Below, piece after piece: positions 43,436 to 52,731 of a DNA stretch of 53,070 nt. Numbering within the stretch: the stretch's first letter is position 1; every line of letters starts with the position of its first letter. The stretch covers positions 1 through 53,070 of the forward strand of contig CAZAYR010000002.1 in the NCBI GenBank assembly GCA_964489365.1, written 5' to 3'. This DNA comes from an uncultured Salinarchaeum sp. Its GTDB lineage: Archaea > Halobacteriota > Halobacteria > Halobacteriales > SKNY01. The notes under the pieces were generated by a model, which was not told the origin of the DNA, did no database searches, and saw only the letters and a list, made by a program, of their open reading frames with translations. Both the position numbers and the translations under genes were made by a program.

Positions 43436-44860
43436 ATGCGGCGAGTGCATTCCGACATCGTGGTCGTTGGCTGTGGGATCGCCGGGCTCTCCGCGGCACT
43501 CCGTCTCTCGGAGATGGATCGATCGATCACGGTTCTCGAAAAAGCCCCGGAGGCTCACCGAGGCGGCCACACCCGATTCACCGAGTCGTTCCGGCTGCCC
43601 ACCGCCGAGATCGACCTGGATGTCCCCTTCGACGTCCCGGACTACACCGCCTCCGATTTCTACTCGGACCTGATGCGGGTCACGGACTATCGCGCCGACG
43701 AAGCGCTGGCCGAGATCGTGACCGGCGAGGCGTCCGCCACCTTCGAGTGGCTCACGGAACACGGCCTCGAGTGGGAGTACGACGCTCCGCATCCGGGCTA
43801 CACCGCCGGACGCGTGTGGCTCGACGGTGAATCGATGGTCGACGAACTTGTGGCACGCCTCGAGGAGGCCGGGGTGGATGTGCGGTATCGCGCGGAGGCA
43901 CGGGAGATCGTCCGCGATGACGAGGGGTCGGCCGCCGGCATCGAAGCCTACGTGGACGGACGGCGGACGCGATTTCTCGCGGACGCGGTGATCCTCGCAG
44001 CGGGCGATTACGGCTCGAGCAAGGAACAACGGACCCGCTATTTCGGCCCCGGGTACGGCAAGATGAAGGTGCGGGGTAGCCGGTACAACACCGGGGAAGT
44101 GCTCGAGGCGGCGATGGATGTGGGCGCGAAATCCGAGGGGGAGTGGGGCGAGGCACACATGGCCTTGATCGATGCCGGTTCGCCGCCGGTCGAGGGGGGT
44201 GTCACGCGGATCGACGGCTACCAGTATGGCGTGATCGTCAATCACGAAGGCGAACGATTTCTGGACGAAGGGGAGGACGCCCGGGCGCATACCTACGCAA
44301 AATTTGGCCGCGAGATCTTCGAACAACCGTTCCACGAGGCCTTCATCATCGTGGATGCCTCGGTCGTCGACGACGTCGCTCACATGGGCCCGACCGAGCC
44401 GATCACCGCGGACTCGATCGACACCCTCGCGAATCGACTCGGGATCGGCGATGTAGAGCGCACCGTCGCGACGGTCGAAGCGTTCAACGCTGCATGCGAC
44501 CCGGACGCGCTCGATCGCTACGACCCCGAATCCCTCGATGGAAACCGGACCGCCGACCTCACGCCGCCGAAGTCCAACTGGGCAATCCCGCTCGACGAGC
44601 CGCCGTTTACGGGCTACCCGGTCACCGGCGGCATGACCTTCGGCTTCGGCGGGATCGCGATCACGCCAGACGCTGAGGTGCTCGATACGACCGACTCCGT
44701 GATCCCGGGGCTGTTCGCCGCGGGCAACGTCACCGGGGGACTCTTCTACGGGAACTACCCGGGAGGCACGGGGTTGACGAACGCCGCAGTCTACGGACGG
44801 GTGGCGGCAGAAAGTGCGAATCAGTATCTCGAGGGCGGCAATGCGGCCACGACGCGTTAG
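43436..44860 (+). CDS. FAD-dependent oxidoreductase, TcuA / fumarate-reductase-flavoprotein-like
   Basis: DIVVVGCGIAGLSAAL dinucleotide fold, GGHTRFT, and the C-terminal AAGNVTGGLFYGNYPGGTGLTNAAVYGR motif. Confidence 0.85.
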   Translation: MRRVHSDIVVVGCGIAGLSAALRLSEMDRSITVLEKAPEAHRGGHTRFTESFRLPTAEIDLDVPFDVPDYTASDFYSDLMRVTDYRADEALAEIVTGEASATFEWLTEHGLEWEYDAPHPGYTAGRVWLDGESMVDELVARLEEAGVDVRYRAEAREIVRDDEGSAAGIEAYVDGRRTRFLADAVILAAGDYGSSKEQRTRYFGPGYGKMKVRGSRYNTGEVLEAAMDVGAKSEGEWGEAHMALIDAGSPPVEGGVTRIDGYQYGVIVNHEGERFLDEGEDARAHTYAKFGREIFEQPFHEAFIIVDASVVDDVAHMGPTEPITADSIDTLANRLGIGDVERTVATVEAFNAACDPDALDRYDPESLDGNRTADLTPPKSNWAIPLDEPPFTGYPVTGGMTFGFGGIAITPDAEVLDTTDSVIPGLFAAGNVTGGLFYGNYPGGTGLTNAAVYGRVAAESANQYLEGGNAATTR

Positions 44861-45153
44861 AGACACAGGGAGGGGAAGTACGCTTCTACGCTCGGGACCG
44901 TCGGCCGTGACGGCCGGGGTACTACCCTGACGCTGGCGCATGTACGACCGGGTAGCGCGATCATGGCATCATCGCGTAACCGAAGACGCCGCCGGTTCTG
45001 GACCTTGCCAGCTCGGGTCCACGCGGCGCGAATATTCAGGCAGAGCAACCGACGATCGCGGCGGACACGACCCGATTTCGCGGAATGCCCAGCCGGAGCC
45101 TCGAATGCCCGCTTACCGTGGCAGCTTTGAACCCTGCATTGGAGGAACCGCGC

Positions 45154-45807
45154 ATGTTTACGGTCCGTGTCAAGCCCTCGGCAATCGAGACGAACGGCGC
45201 CGTCGCGGAGGCCGTCGAGGACCGTGGCCGCCGGTGGCGCTTTGCATCGAAACCGGAGGCGGTCGCCTTCGTCGAGGAGTGCAACGGGACGGGGAATCGC
45301 GTCCGGCTCCAAGCGGTAGCTCCCCAGGATCCCGACGACGTCGATGGGTACGTGATTCGGTTTCCACAGCGTCATGTGGACCGACCGAAACGACGTGATG
45401 GGTCGCGATGGACGTGGGACGTCGGCGCGAATCAATACGGCGAGCTGGGGCGCGCGCTCGTGTTCGGTGGGTACGGGCTGGCCCCGGGGCTAAAACGCTA
45501 TCTGGCCGAGCAGCTCGACGCGTGTGAGACGGACAGTGGCTTACGAGTGATCGCGGACCCCGACCTCGGTGCCGCCATTCCCGAACCCCCGGCCTGGGAG
45601 CCCGACTGTCTGATCATTGGGGAAGGCAAAGCCGGAGGGGCCCGCTTCTTCTGCGAAATCAAGGCCGGCAACGGGTCGTTAGAGCGCGCCCAGAAGGCAT
45701 CCATGCAAACGGTGGCACGCTACCATCACGCCCTCAAGATACAGGTCGACCTCGCGGACCTGCCGGACGAGTACGCCGTCCGCGTGACGGAAGTCCACCC
45801 GGCGTGA
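45154..45807 (+). CDS. Hypothetical protein with a C-terminal PD-(D/E)xK (VRR-NUC-like) nuclease motif
   Basis: C-terminal WEPDCLIIGEGKAGGARFFCEIKAGNGSLERAQKASMQTVA fits the PD...E-x-K...Q pattern of VRR-NUC/restriction-fold nucleases. The N-terminal ~150 aa are unassigned. The start is uncertain (ATG 45154 or 45085). Confidence 0.55.
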   Translation: MFTVRVKPSAIETNGAVAEAVEDRGRRWRFASKPEAVAFVEECNGTGNRVRLQAVAPQDPDDVDGYVIRFPQRHVDRPKRRDGSRWTWDVGANQYGELGRALVFGGYGLAPGLKRYLAEQLDACETDSGLRVIADPDLGAAIPEPPAWEPDCLIIGEGKAGGARFFCEIKAGNGSLERAQKASMQTVARYHHALKIQVDLADLPDEYAVRVTEVHPA

Positions 45808-45877
45808 CCGGAGCGTTCGAGCGGCCGGAAATCGACGCCTATTCGACTTTGCGTGTCGATCCCTCGCACGAACGCCA

Positions 45878-46936
45878 ATGAGTGCGGACATCCGCGCGGC
45901 CAAAATCGACGAATTCAACGCACCGCTCGAGATCACCGAGATCGAACGGCCCGAGCCGGAACCCCACGGCGTCGTCCTCGAACTCGAGGCCTGCGGGATC
46001 TGTCGGTCCGACTGGCACGGCTGGCACGGCCACATGTCCCCCGAACTGGAGGGCACGGTCATCGGGCACGAACCCGCCGGCCGGGTCGTGGAAGTCGGCG
46101 TGGAGGTCGAGACCCTCCAGGAAGGCGACCGGGTCTCCGCCTCGATGAACCTCGCTGACGGGACCTGCGATCGGTGCCTCTCGGGGAAGTCGAACCTCTG
46201 TGAGAACCAGCGGGTGTTCGGTTTCGACGGGCAGACCCAGGGCGCATGGGCCGAGGAAGTCGCAGTCCCGTGGGCGGACGTCAACACCGTACAGCTCCCG
46301 GACGACGCGTCATCGGCCGAGATGGCCGGGCTCGGCTGCCGGTTCATGACGGGATACAATGCGGTGGCCCACCAGGGGCAAGCCGGGCCCGGCGAGTGGG
46401 TCGCCGTGCACGGCTGTGGCGGGATCGGTTCCTCGGCGATTCAGACCGCTTCGGCGCTGGGGGCGGGCGTCGTCGCCGTCGACATCACCGACGAGAAGCT
46501 CGCGTTCGCCGAGGACCTCGGCGCGGACGTGACCGTGAACGCCCGGGAGGTCGAGGACGTGCCCGGGGAGATCCAGGACGTCACCGACGGCGGGGCCGAC
46601 GTCGCGATCGACGCGCTCGGCGAGGACGAGACCTGTCAGAACGCGATCGACTGCCTTGGCTTTTCGGGCCGGCACGTCCAGGTCGGGGTGCCCACGCCGG
46701 AGGACGAGGGCGTCGACCTTCCCACCGGGGCGATGCTGGGCAAGGAGATTACCCTGATGGGCAACGTCGGGATGCCGCCGTCGCGCTTCGGCGAGATCAT
46801 CCGCATGTACGACCAAGGCCGGATCGATCCCGGGGCACAGGTGACCAAGGAAGTGTCCCTCGAGGAAGTCAGCGACCGACTCGATGCGATGACCGATTAC
46901 GGGACGCTCGGCATCGAAGTGATCACGGAGTTCTGA
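45878..46936 (+). CDS. Zinc-dependent medium-chain alcohol dehydrogenase
   Basis: CGICRSDWHGWHG, GHEPAGRVVEVG, structural-zinc Cys cluster CDRCLSGKSNLC, and NAD fold VHGCGGIGSSA. Confidence 0.9.
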   Translation: MSADIRAAKIDEFNAPLEITEIERPEPEPHGVVLELEACGICRSDWHGWHGHMSPELEGTVIGHEPAGRVVEVGVEVETLQEGDRVSASMNLADGTCDRCLSGKSNLCENQRVFGFDGQTQGAWAEEVAVPWADVNTVQLPDDASSAEMAGLGCRFMTGYNAVAHQGQAGPGEWVAVHGCGGIGSSAIQTASALGAGVVAVDITDEKLAFAEDLGADVTVNAREVEDVPGEIQDVTDGGADVAIDALGEDETCQNAIDCLGFSGRHVQVGVPTPEDEGVDLPTGAMLGKEITLMGNVGMPPSRFGEIIRMYDQGRIDPGAQVTKEVSLEEVSDRLDAMTDYGTLGIEVITEF

Positions 46937-47071
46937 GGAGCCAAGCGTGGTAGGCTCGTCCCCGGGGGCCGACGGCCGGGGGACCGTTCCGAAGTCGGGA
47001 ACGCTCGGCGATGGATGGCGGGCGATGGGCGCCTCCGCAATGCGGCCTCCTCGGGAGCGTCTGGCACCTAA

Positions 47072-47470
47072 GGACAGCAAAACCACACGGATGTGATCGC
47101 CACCACCACGCAGCCCGCCGCGGCCGATCTCGCGACCGAGGGGGAGGGTGGCGGCGGCGACCGGCGACGGCGGATTCCTGATGAACGCCGCGCGGATCGA
47201 GACCGCGTGGCGGGGGCTGTGGCGCTACCATCCGCTCTTCGTCGACGATGACCACAGGCTGATCGCCGACAAGCAACTCGCCCACCGAATTGTTCTGGAC
47301 CGGATTCACGAATCCGGATTTCATGCAGTTCGCCGAGAGTTTCGGAATCGACGGATATCGCCCTGACTCTCGTGGGATGAACTCGGGAGGTTTTGGAGAT
47401 CTGGACGGCGGATGGGATGTCGCTCGTCAAAATCTCGCGAGGTACCCCCGGCCTCACTTAAGGGCTTTTC
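47072..47470 (+). pseudogene. C-terminal remnant of a thiamine-diphosphate enzyme (acetolactate synthase-like), multiply frameshifted
   Basis: Frame of 47148: TGDGGFLMNAARIETAW (TPP-binding GDGgF motif). The usual NN is degraded to DD (LFVDDDHRLI). Frame of 47290: FTNPDFMQFAESFGIDGYRP (conserved 'NPDFv.lAes.G..g.rv'). No upstream N-terminal or central domains are present, and the boundaries are approximate. Confidence 0.5.
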
Positions 47471-47495
47471 CGCCTGGGGGCCGAATGTGCTTGCA

Positions 47496-48131
47496 ATGTC
47501 AGAGAACGGCGACCAGCTCACGATGTATGCGGATTACGTGTGCCCGTTCTGCTATCTCGGCCGGCGCTCGTTAGACACCTACCTGGAATCCCGGGACGAA
47601 ACGCTCGAGATTGACTGGCAGCCGTTCGATCTCCGAAGTCAAAAGCGGGGTCCCGACGGCGAGATCGATCACACGATCGACGACGGGAAGGATGACGCGT
47701 ACTTCGAGCAGGTGCACGAGAACGTCGCCCGATTGCGGGACGAGTACGGGGCCGAGGAGATGCGCGATCTCGACGAACTCCCGGAACACGTCGATTCGCT
47801 GAACGCCCAGGTGGCGTCACTGTACGTGAAATCGGAACATCCCGATCGTTGGTCGGCCTTTGACGAGGCGATTTATGAGACGCTCTGGGTCAACGGGCGG
47901 GATATCGGGGACTTCCACGTCCTCGTCGACATCGCGGAATCCGTCGGCGTCGTCGGGGACGAGCTTCGTAAGGCGTTGGAGGACGACGAGCTGCGCGCGC
48001 GCCTTCGAAACGAATTCACAGCGGCCCAAGCGAACGGGATCACCGGCGTCCCCACGTTTGTGTACGGCGAGTATGTGGCCCGTGGGGCAGTGCCGCCCGA
48101 ACATATCGCCCGCCTCGTCGGGGAAGCGTGA
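47496..48131 (+). CDS. DsbA/FrnE-like thiol-disulfide oxidoreductase
   Basis: TMYADYVCPFCYLG (CPFC) and GITGVPTFVY motifs. Start at ATG 47496. Confidence 0.85.
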   Translation: MSENGDQLTMYADYVCPFCYLGRRSLDTYLESRDETLEIDWQPFDLRSQKRGPDGEIDHTIDDGKDDAYFEQVHENVARLRDEYGAEEMRDLDELPEHVDSLNAQVASLYVKSEHPDRWSAFDEAIYETLWVNGRDIGDFHVLVDIAESVGVVGDELRKALEDDELRARLRNEFTAAQANGITGVPTFVYGEYVARGAVPPEHIARLVGEA

Positions 48132-48545
48132 GTCCCGTCGAGTCAGCGATCGAGGCCCATGGCAGCACGTTCCGATCGCCGGCGTGGGAAGCCAGATGCA
48201 GGATCGAGAACGTCCCCGTTGAACCGGTCGACGCGACGCCGGTGGACACTCCCCCCTTCTGTGGACTCCGCTCAGTGGAACCGGTCCCTCGCGCACCTGC
48301 TCTCGGCGGGCTGCCTGATTCGCGAGTGAGGCCCACGATCGCATCCCAACCCAGCCTCCTTGGCGAAAACCCCGGGTCGTATAAGTAGCGACGCCAGACC
48401 GGTCGTTGAAATCGCCCCCGGGGATGGACCGCCCCCGGCGTCGATTCGGCTTCTGACCGGTCCCCCCACCGGGTTCGGTACGGAATGACCCCTCGACTGG
48501 GCCGCGGTGGGCCCGGCTCGGGCGTCGCGGTCCGCTTCCCGGCCG

Positions 48546-48707
48546 TTACCGAAGCAGATCGGATTCGTCTGCACGTACGAAACACACGGTTCCACATGTC
48601 GGGCAGCGGAATCGGTCGCCGGCCTGGTCGAATTCCGCGATGGTATCGATTTGTGTCTCACATACCCGACAGGATAGCGGGACTGGACCCTTCTCGGATG
48701 TCTCCAT
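48546..48707 (-). CDS. Candidate 53-aa zinc-ribbon microprotein (CPxCG-type)
   Basis: Below the 60-aa cut-off of the ORF track, so translated by hand: METSEKGPVPLSCRVCETQIDTIAEFDQAGDRFRCPTCGTVCFVRADESDLLR*. It has two CxxC knuckles including CPTCG, and is net acidic. Third-position GC is about 58%, lower than the neighbours. Confidence 0.4.
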   Translation of the reverse strand: METSEKGPVPLSCRVCETQIDTIAEFDQAGDRFRCPTCGTVCFVRADESDLLR

Positions 48708-48898
48708 GCCAAACCTCTCCAGGGGGTCGTACTACTTGAACCGTCGGCTGGGGAGCATCGCGGCTGACGGGTCGAATGGAGTCCTTGCACAGATCGAGGG
48801 CTCGACCGTGACGTCCTCCTGCTGTGGGCACCACCTTGGACTCCTTCGATCACGTTGCGGCAGGCGTCGGACCGCGATCTCGCGACCGTCGCCGACCA

Positions 48899-49945
48899 TC
48901 ACTCCGCCATGGGCAAGCGAACGAGAAAGACGGCGCCGCGCGGTTCGCGGTTCTCGACCCAGACGTCGCCGCCGTACTGCTCGACGAGCGTCCGGACCAG
49001 ATAGAGCCCGATCCCCGTCCCGGGGCTGTCCATACCCTTCTCGCCCTTGCCGAAGATGGCTTCCTTCTGGTCGTCCGGGATCCCCGGGCCGTTGTCGGCG
49101 ACCCGGACGATCACGGTTCCGTTCGCCCGCTCGCCGTGGATCTCGACCTCGGGGATCTCCGCGTCGTTGTGCTGAACGGCGTTGTTCAGGAGGTTCCGGA
49201 AGACCGACGAGAGCATCCCGTTTGCCTGCACGGCGACGTCCGGGAAGTCGGGATCGAGCGCGAACCGGGCGGACGGAAACGACTCGGCGCGGAGGTCGAC
49301 GTCGGTCTCGAGCGTCGAGCGAAGCGGGATCGGGGTGGTCTCGAGGGCCTCCTCGCCCGTCAGCGCCTCGACGAAATCCCGCGAGGTCTCGGTGAGCTCG
49401 AGGATGCTGTCGCAGGTCCGCAAGATCTTCTTCAAATACGCCTCGCCGGTTTCGTCGACGTGGTCCTCGAGGAGGGCGCCCCAGCCGAGGATCACGTTCA
49501 TGTCGTTGCGGATGTCGTGGCGAACGACCCGGTTGAGGGCCTCGAGCTCCTCCTCCCGGCGTTTCAACCGCGTGACGTCCGTACAGATCCCCACGAGCTC
49601 CGTGAAGGTCCCCGCCTCGTCCCGGACTGGAATCTGCTGGGTTTTCACCCACCGGCTTTCGCCATCGGGTCGGACGATTCGATTTTCGTAGGACGCGGCC
49701 CCGACTTCCTCCTCGGCAGACTCGATCAGAGATCGGACACGCTCGCGATCATCCGGGTGGATCGTGTCGAGCAACCGGGAAATGTCATCCTCCACATCCT
49801 CGGGCGGGATGCCCCAGATGTCCTCGAAGCCCTTGCTGATATAGTCGAACTCCCCAGGCTCAGACACCACCCAAAGCGCTGTTTCCTCGAGATGGTCGAC
49901 GAGCCGCCGAAAATCCCGCCGATCCGCAAGCGACGATTCAGTCAT
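48899..49945 (-). CDS. PAS sensor histidine kinase
   Basis: One PAS/PAC (FDYISKGFEDIWG...VGICTDVTRLKRRE). H-box VVRHDIRNDMNVI. HATPase_c (NLLNNAVQHN, DNGPGI, GTGIGLYLVRTLV). Start at ATG 49945; the upstream 132 codons are Ser/Arg/Pro-rich. Confidence 0.85.
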   Translation of the reverse strand: MTESSLADRRDFRRLVDHLEETALWVVSEPGEFDYISKGFEDIWGIPPEDVEDDISRLLDTIHPDDRERVRSLIESAEEEVGAASYENRIVRPDGESRWVKTQQIPVRDEAGTFTELVGICTDVTRLKRREEELEALNRVVRHDIRNDMNVILGWGALLEDHVDETGEAYLKKILRTCDSILELTETSRDFVEALTGEEALETTPIPLRSTLETDVDLRAESFPSARFALDPDFPDVAVQANGMLSSVFRNLLNNAVQHNDAEIPEVEIHGERANGTVIVRVADNGPGIPDDQKEAIFGKGEKGMDSPGTGIGLYLVRTLVEQYGGDVWVENREPRGAVFLVRLPMAE

Positions 49946-50081
49946 GTGGAAAGCTCCGCCGGGGGGACATTCAGGCTTCCGTTCGTTCCCCCGGCCCGGG
50001 AACGTCCCGGAGACCTCCCTGGGACCATATTCGGCCCCGAGCCGCCCTCGCATTTTTCGTTCGGGCCAACGAGACACTGCC

Positions 50082-51137
50082 ATGCCATCCGCCCTGGTGA
50101 TCGGCGGGACCGGCTTCCTCGGCCGGCACGTTGCCGAACAACTCGCACGCGAGGGGTATGCGGTGACGACGCTCGCGCGAGGCGAGCCGTCCGTTCCATT
50201 CGACGCCGTGGACATCGAGCATCGTGTCGGGGACCGCGGCGATCGGGAGACCCTCGCGACGGTGGCCGCGGACGTCGATCCGGGCGTGGTGATCGACACG
50301 GCCGCGTTTATTCCCCGGGACGTTGCCGCGGCCGTCGACATCTTCGACGAGGTCGACGCATACGTGTACGTGTCGAGCGGCGGGGTCTATGATGCACGGA
50401 CGATCCCGAAGCGCGAGGATGAGACGCCCCTTGCGGACTGTACGCCCGGGCAAGCACGCGACGATACCATGGAGAGTTACGCCGCCCGGAAGGCGGAAGG
50501 CGACCGCCTCGCCCGTGATGCCGCGGACGCGGGCGTCGCCGCGATGACTGTCCGGCCGTCGGTCCTGTATGGACCGGAGACGGTGCCCGAACAGGATGTC
50601 GCGCCGGCCGGAAGCGGGCCGGACTGGATCGACCTGCCCGTGAACGAAACGCTCCACGATCCCTGGATCGACCGCGTCGACAACCAGGATCGCGTCCTCG
50701 TGCCGGGTGACGGGACCGCGATCTGGCACCGCGCGTACGTGGAGGACGTCGCCGGGGCGGTCCGGCTCGTGGCCGAGCATGGCCAGCCCGGGTGGGCGTA
50801 CAACGTCGCGGACAGCCGGGTCTGTACGCTCGCGGACGTGATTCACGCGCTCGCCGACGCGCTCGGGACATCGGTCGAGCTTGTCCACACGAGTGCCCGG
50901 GAGTTGGCAGGCGTCGGGCTGGCACCGGAGGACTTCGTCCTCTATCACCACCCAGCGACCAGCTACCCCCACGTGATGGATACCTGCCGAATCCGGACGA
51001 TCGGCTGGCGGTCAACGTCGGTGGGAACCGCGATTCAGCGCACGGTCGACGAACGGCTCGAAGTGGTGCGAGCACGTGGCCGAGACGTCCAGCGGCGGCG
51101 AGCAGAGGCACGGCTCCTTGCCGAACTCGCGGAATAA
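50082..51137 (+). CDS. NAD-dependent epimerase/dehydratase family protein (paralogue of 7901-8890)
   Basis: ALVIGGTGFLGRH Rossmann motif. Collinear similarity to the 7901 protein (e.g. DVDPGVVIDTAAF / AVDPEVVIDCVAY; EVDAYVYVSSGGVY / DVEAYLYVSSVAAY). Start at ATG 50082. Confidence 0.85.
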   Translation: MPSALVIGGTGFLGRHVAEQLAREGYAVTTLARGEPSVPFDAVDIEHRVGDRGDRETLATVAADVDPGVVIDTAAFIPRDVAAAVDIFDEVDAYVYVSSGGVYDARTIPKREDETPLADCTPGQARDDTMESYAARKAEGDRLARDAADAGVAAMTVRPSVLYGPETVPEQDVAPAGSGPDWIDLPVNETLHDPWIDRVDNQDRVLVPGDGTAIWHRAYVEDVAGAVRLVAEHGQPGWAYNVADSRVCTLADVIHALADALGTSVELVHTSARELAGVGLAPEDFVLYHHPATSYPHVMDTCRIRTIGWRSTSVGTAIQRTVDERLEVVRARGRDVQRRRAEARLLAELAE

Positions 51138-51249
51138 ATCCGTCCGCCCGCAGATGCCGTCGAGGAATGTTCGAGCGCGTTGACGGTGCGATCGGACCGG
51201 AGCAGCGTGACTTCTGACACATGGGTCGCGGCCAAGCTGGCGCGGCGGC

Positions 51250-51657
51250 CTAGCGGTTCCGTCGATCCGAGTGGGTCACGCGCGCTGGTTCGATCGCCAG
51301 GATCACGCGCTCGGTCTCGATCGGGCCGGGATACTCCTCGTCGACATACCGGCGAGCCAGCTCATCGATATGCTCGCGGGCGTGCTCGGTCGTGACCTCC
51401 CCGACGCCCCCCCGCACGAGGAGGTATCGATACGGATCGTCCGGATCGGTCATGCTGACCGCGACCCGCGGGTCTTGCCGGACGTTCTTTTCCTTCCGAC
51501 GGCCCCGCTCCGTGTTGACCAGGACGCGGTTCGTGGTTGCGTCGTAATCGATCCACACCGGCGAGGTATGCGGTGCGCCGTCCGGCAACAGTGTCGTCAC
51601 GTGGGCGATCGTCGGCTTGTCGAAGAGCTCCAGAAACTGCGAGGGAATCTCGGCCAT
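51250..51657 (-). CDS. Pyridoxamine 5'-phosphate oxidase-like / FMN- or F420-binding split-barrel protein
   Basis: IAHVTTLLPDGAPHTSPVW...RKEKNVRQDPRVAVSMTDP pattern of the PNPOx-like family. Start at ATG 51657. Confidence 0.8.
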   Translation of the reverse strand: MAEIPSQFLELFDKPTIAHVTTLLPDGAPHTSPVWIDYDATTNRVLVNTERGRRKEKNVRQDPRVAVSMTDPDDPYRYLLVRGGVGEVTTEHAREHIDELARRYVDEEYPGPIETERVILAIEPARVTHSDRRNR

Positions 51658-51819
51658 GTCGGCTCGATTTCGAGCCGGGTTCAAGAATGGTTCCGTTCCA
51701 AGACGAGCGATCCGGTGGGTCGCCCGGTGAAATCGAACTGCCCGGGGCCGGTACAACCCGGGGGTGCGGGTTCGTTTACCCGATGACGGATCCGGGGCCG
51801 GCAATCCATCGCCACGAAA

Positions 51820-52731
51820 TCACTCCTCGCCATCGGCGACCGCGGGTGCCTCCGGAAGCGCCCCCGGCTCCGGCCGTCCGGACTGGACCAGCAAGACCCC
51901 CGCAAGGACGAGGACGCCGCCGACGAGAACGAACCGGGTGATCGGTTCCCCGAGCAACGCCGCCCCGAGTGCGACGGTCACCACCGGCTCGGCCGTACTG
52001 ACCACGCCCACCCGGCTGGCTTCGAGCCGGGCGACGCCCTCGTAGAACAGGAGATGGGGGATGACCGTCGAGACGAGCGCGAGACCGAGCACGACGCCCC
52101 ATTCCGCCCTACCCGCCGGGAGTGCGAGCCGGCCGTCGACCACCCCATACACGAACATACTCGCGCTCGTCCCGACGAGGATCCCGATCATGAGGCCGCG
52201 GGGGGCGATCGCGGGCGAGAGCTTGCGGGTCCCGGTCGTATACACCGCATAGCACGCCGCCGCGCCGAGCGCGAGGGCGACGCCGATCGGATCGACCACG
52301 ACCGTCCCGGTCCGGACGACGACCGCGACGCCTGCGGTCGCGAGGCCGAGCGCGAGGACCTTGCGCCGGGTAATCACCTCGCCGAGGAACAGCGCCGCAA
52401 GCCCGACAACGAACGTCGGGTAGGTGTACAACACGATGGTCGCGATGCCCGCCGTGAGGTACCGCAAGGACACGAAAAAACACAGCGTCATGGCGGTGTA
52501 GACCACGCCCAGCGTCAACGTTGCGAGCCAATCGCCCAGGGATCGCGGAAGGTGCCAGTCACGGGCGACGGCCAGGGACAACACGACGAGCGTGGCAAGC
52601 ACGAATCGGACCGGGAGCAAGGTCGCCAGGGCCAGGTCGATCGACACGGCAACTCGGCCGAAGACGCCGATCGTGCCGAACCCCGCCGCGGCGGCCAACA
52701 CGAACAGCGTCCCGATCGTCGATCGGCGCAC
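51820..52731 (-). CDS. EamA/DMT family transporter
   Basis: Ten TM helices in two EamA repeats. Glycine-rich N-terminus LFVLAAAAGFGTIGVFGR. Confidence 0.85.
   Translation of the reverse strand: MRRSTIGTLFVLAAAAGFGTIGVFGRVAVSIDLALATLLPVRFVLATLVVLSLAVARDWHLPRSLGDWLATLTLGVVYTAMTLCFFVSLRYLTAGIATIVLYTYPTFVVGLAALFLGEVITRRKVLALGLATAGVAVVVRTGTVVVDPIGVALALGAAACYAVYTTGTRKLSPAIAPRGLMIGILVGTSASMFVYGVVDGRLALPAGRAEWGVVLGLALVSTVIPHLLFYEGVARLEASRVGVVSTAEPVVTVALGAALLGEPITRFVLVGGVLVLAGVLLVQSGRPEPGALPEAPAVADGEE

Noticed and set aside
43349-44941. 530-aa ORF antisense to the TcuA-like flavoprotein
   Set aside because: Same reasoning. It has basic low-complexity composition and no motifs, while the opposite frame has a clean FAD-binding fold signature.
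48128-48388. 86-codon plus-strand ORF starting at a GTG that overlaps the DsbA stop codon
   Set aside because: Third-position GC is fairly high, so it is not impossible. However, the protein is Pro/Arg-rich in its second half and has no motif. Its start is a GTG chosen only by the ORF finder. I left it unannotated pending conservation or expression data.
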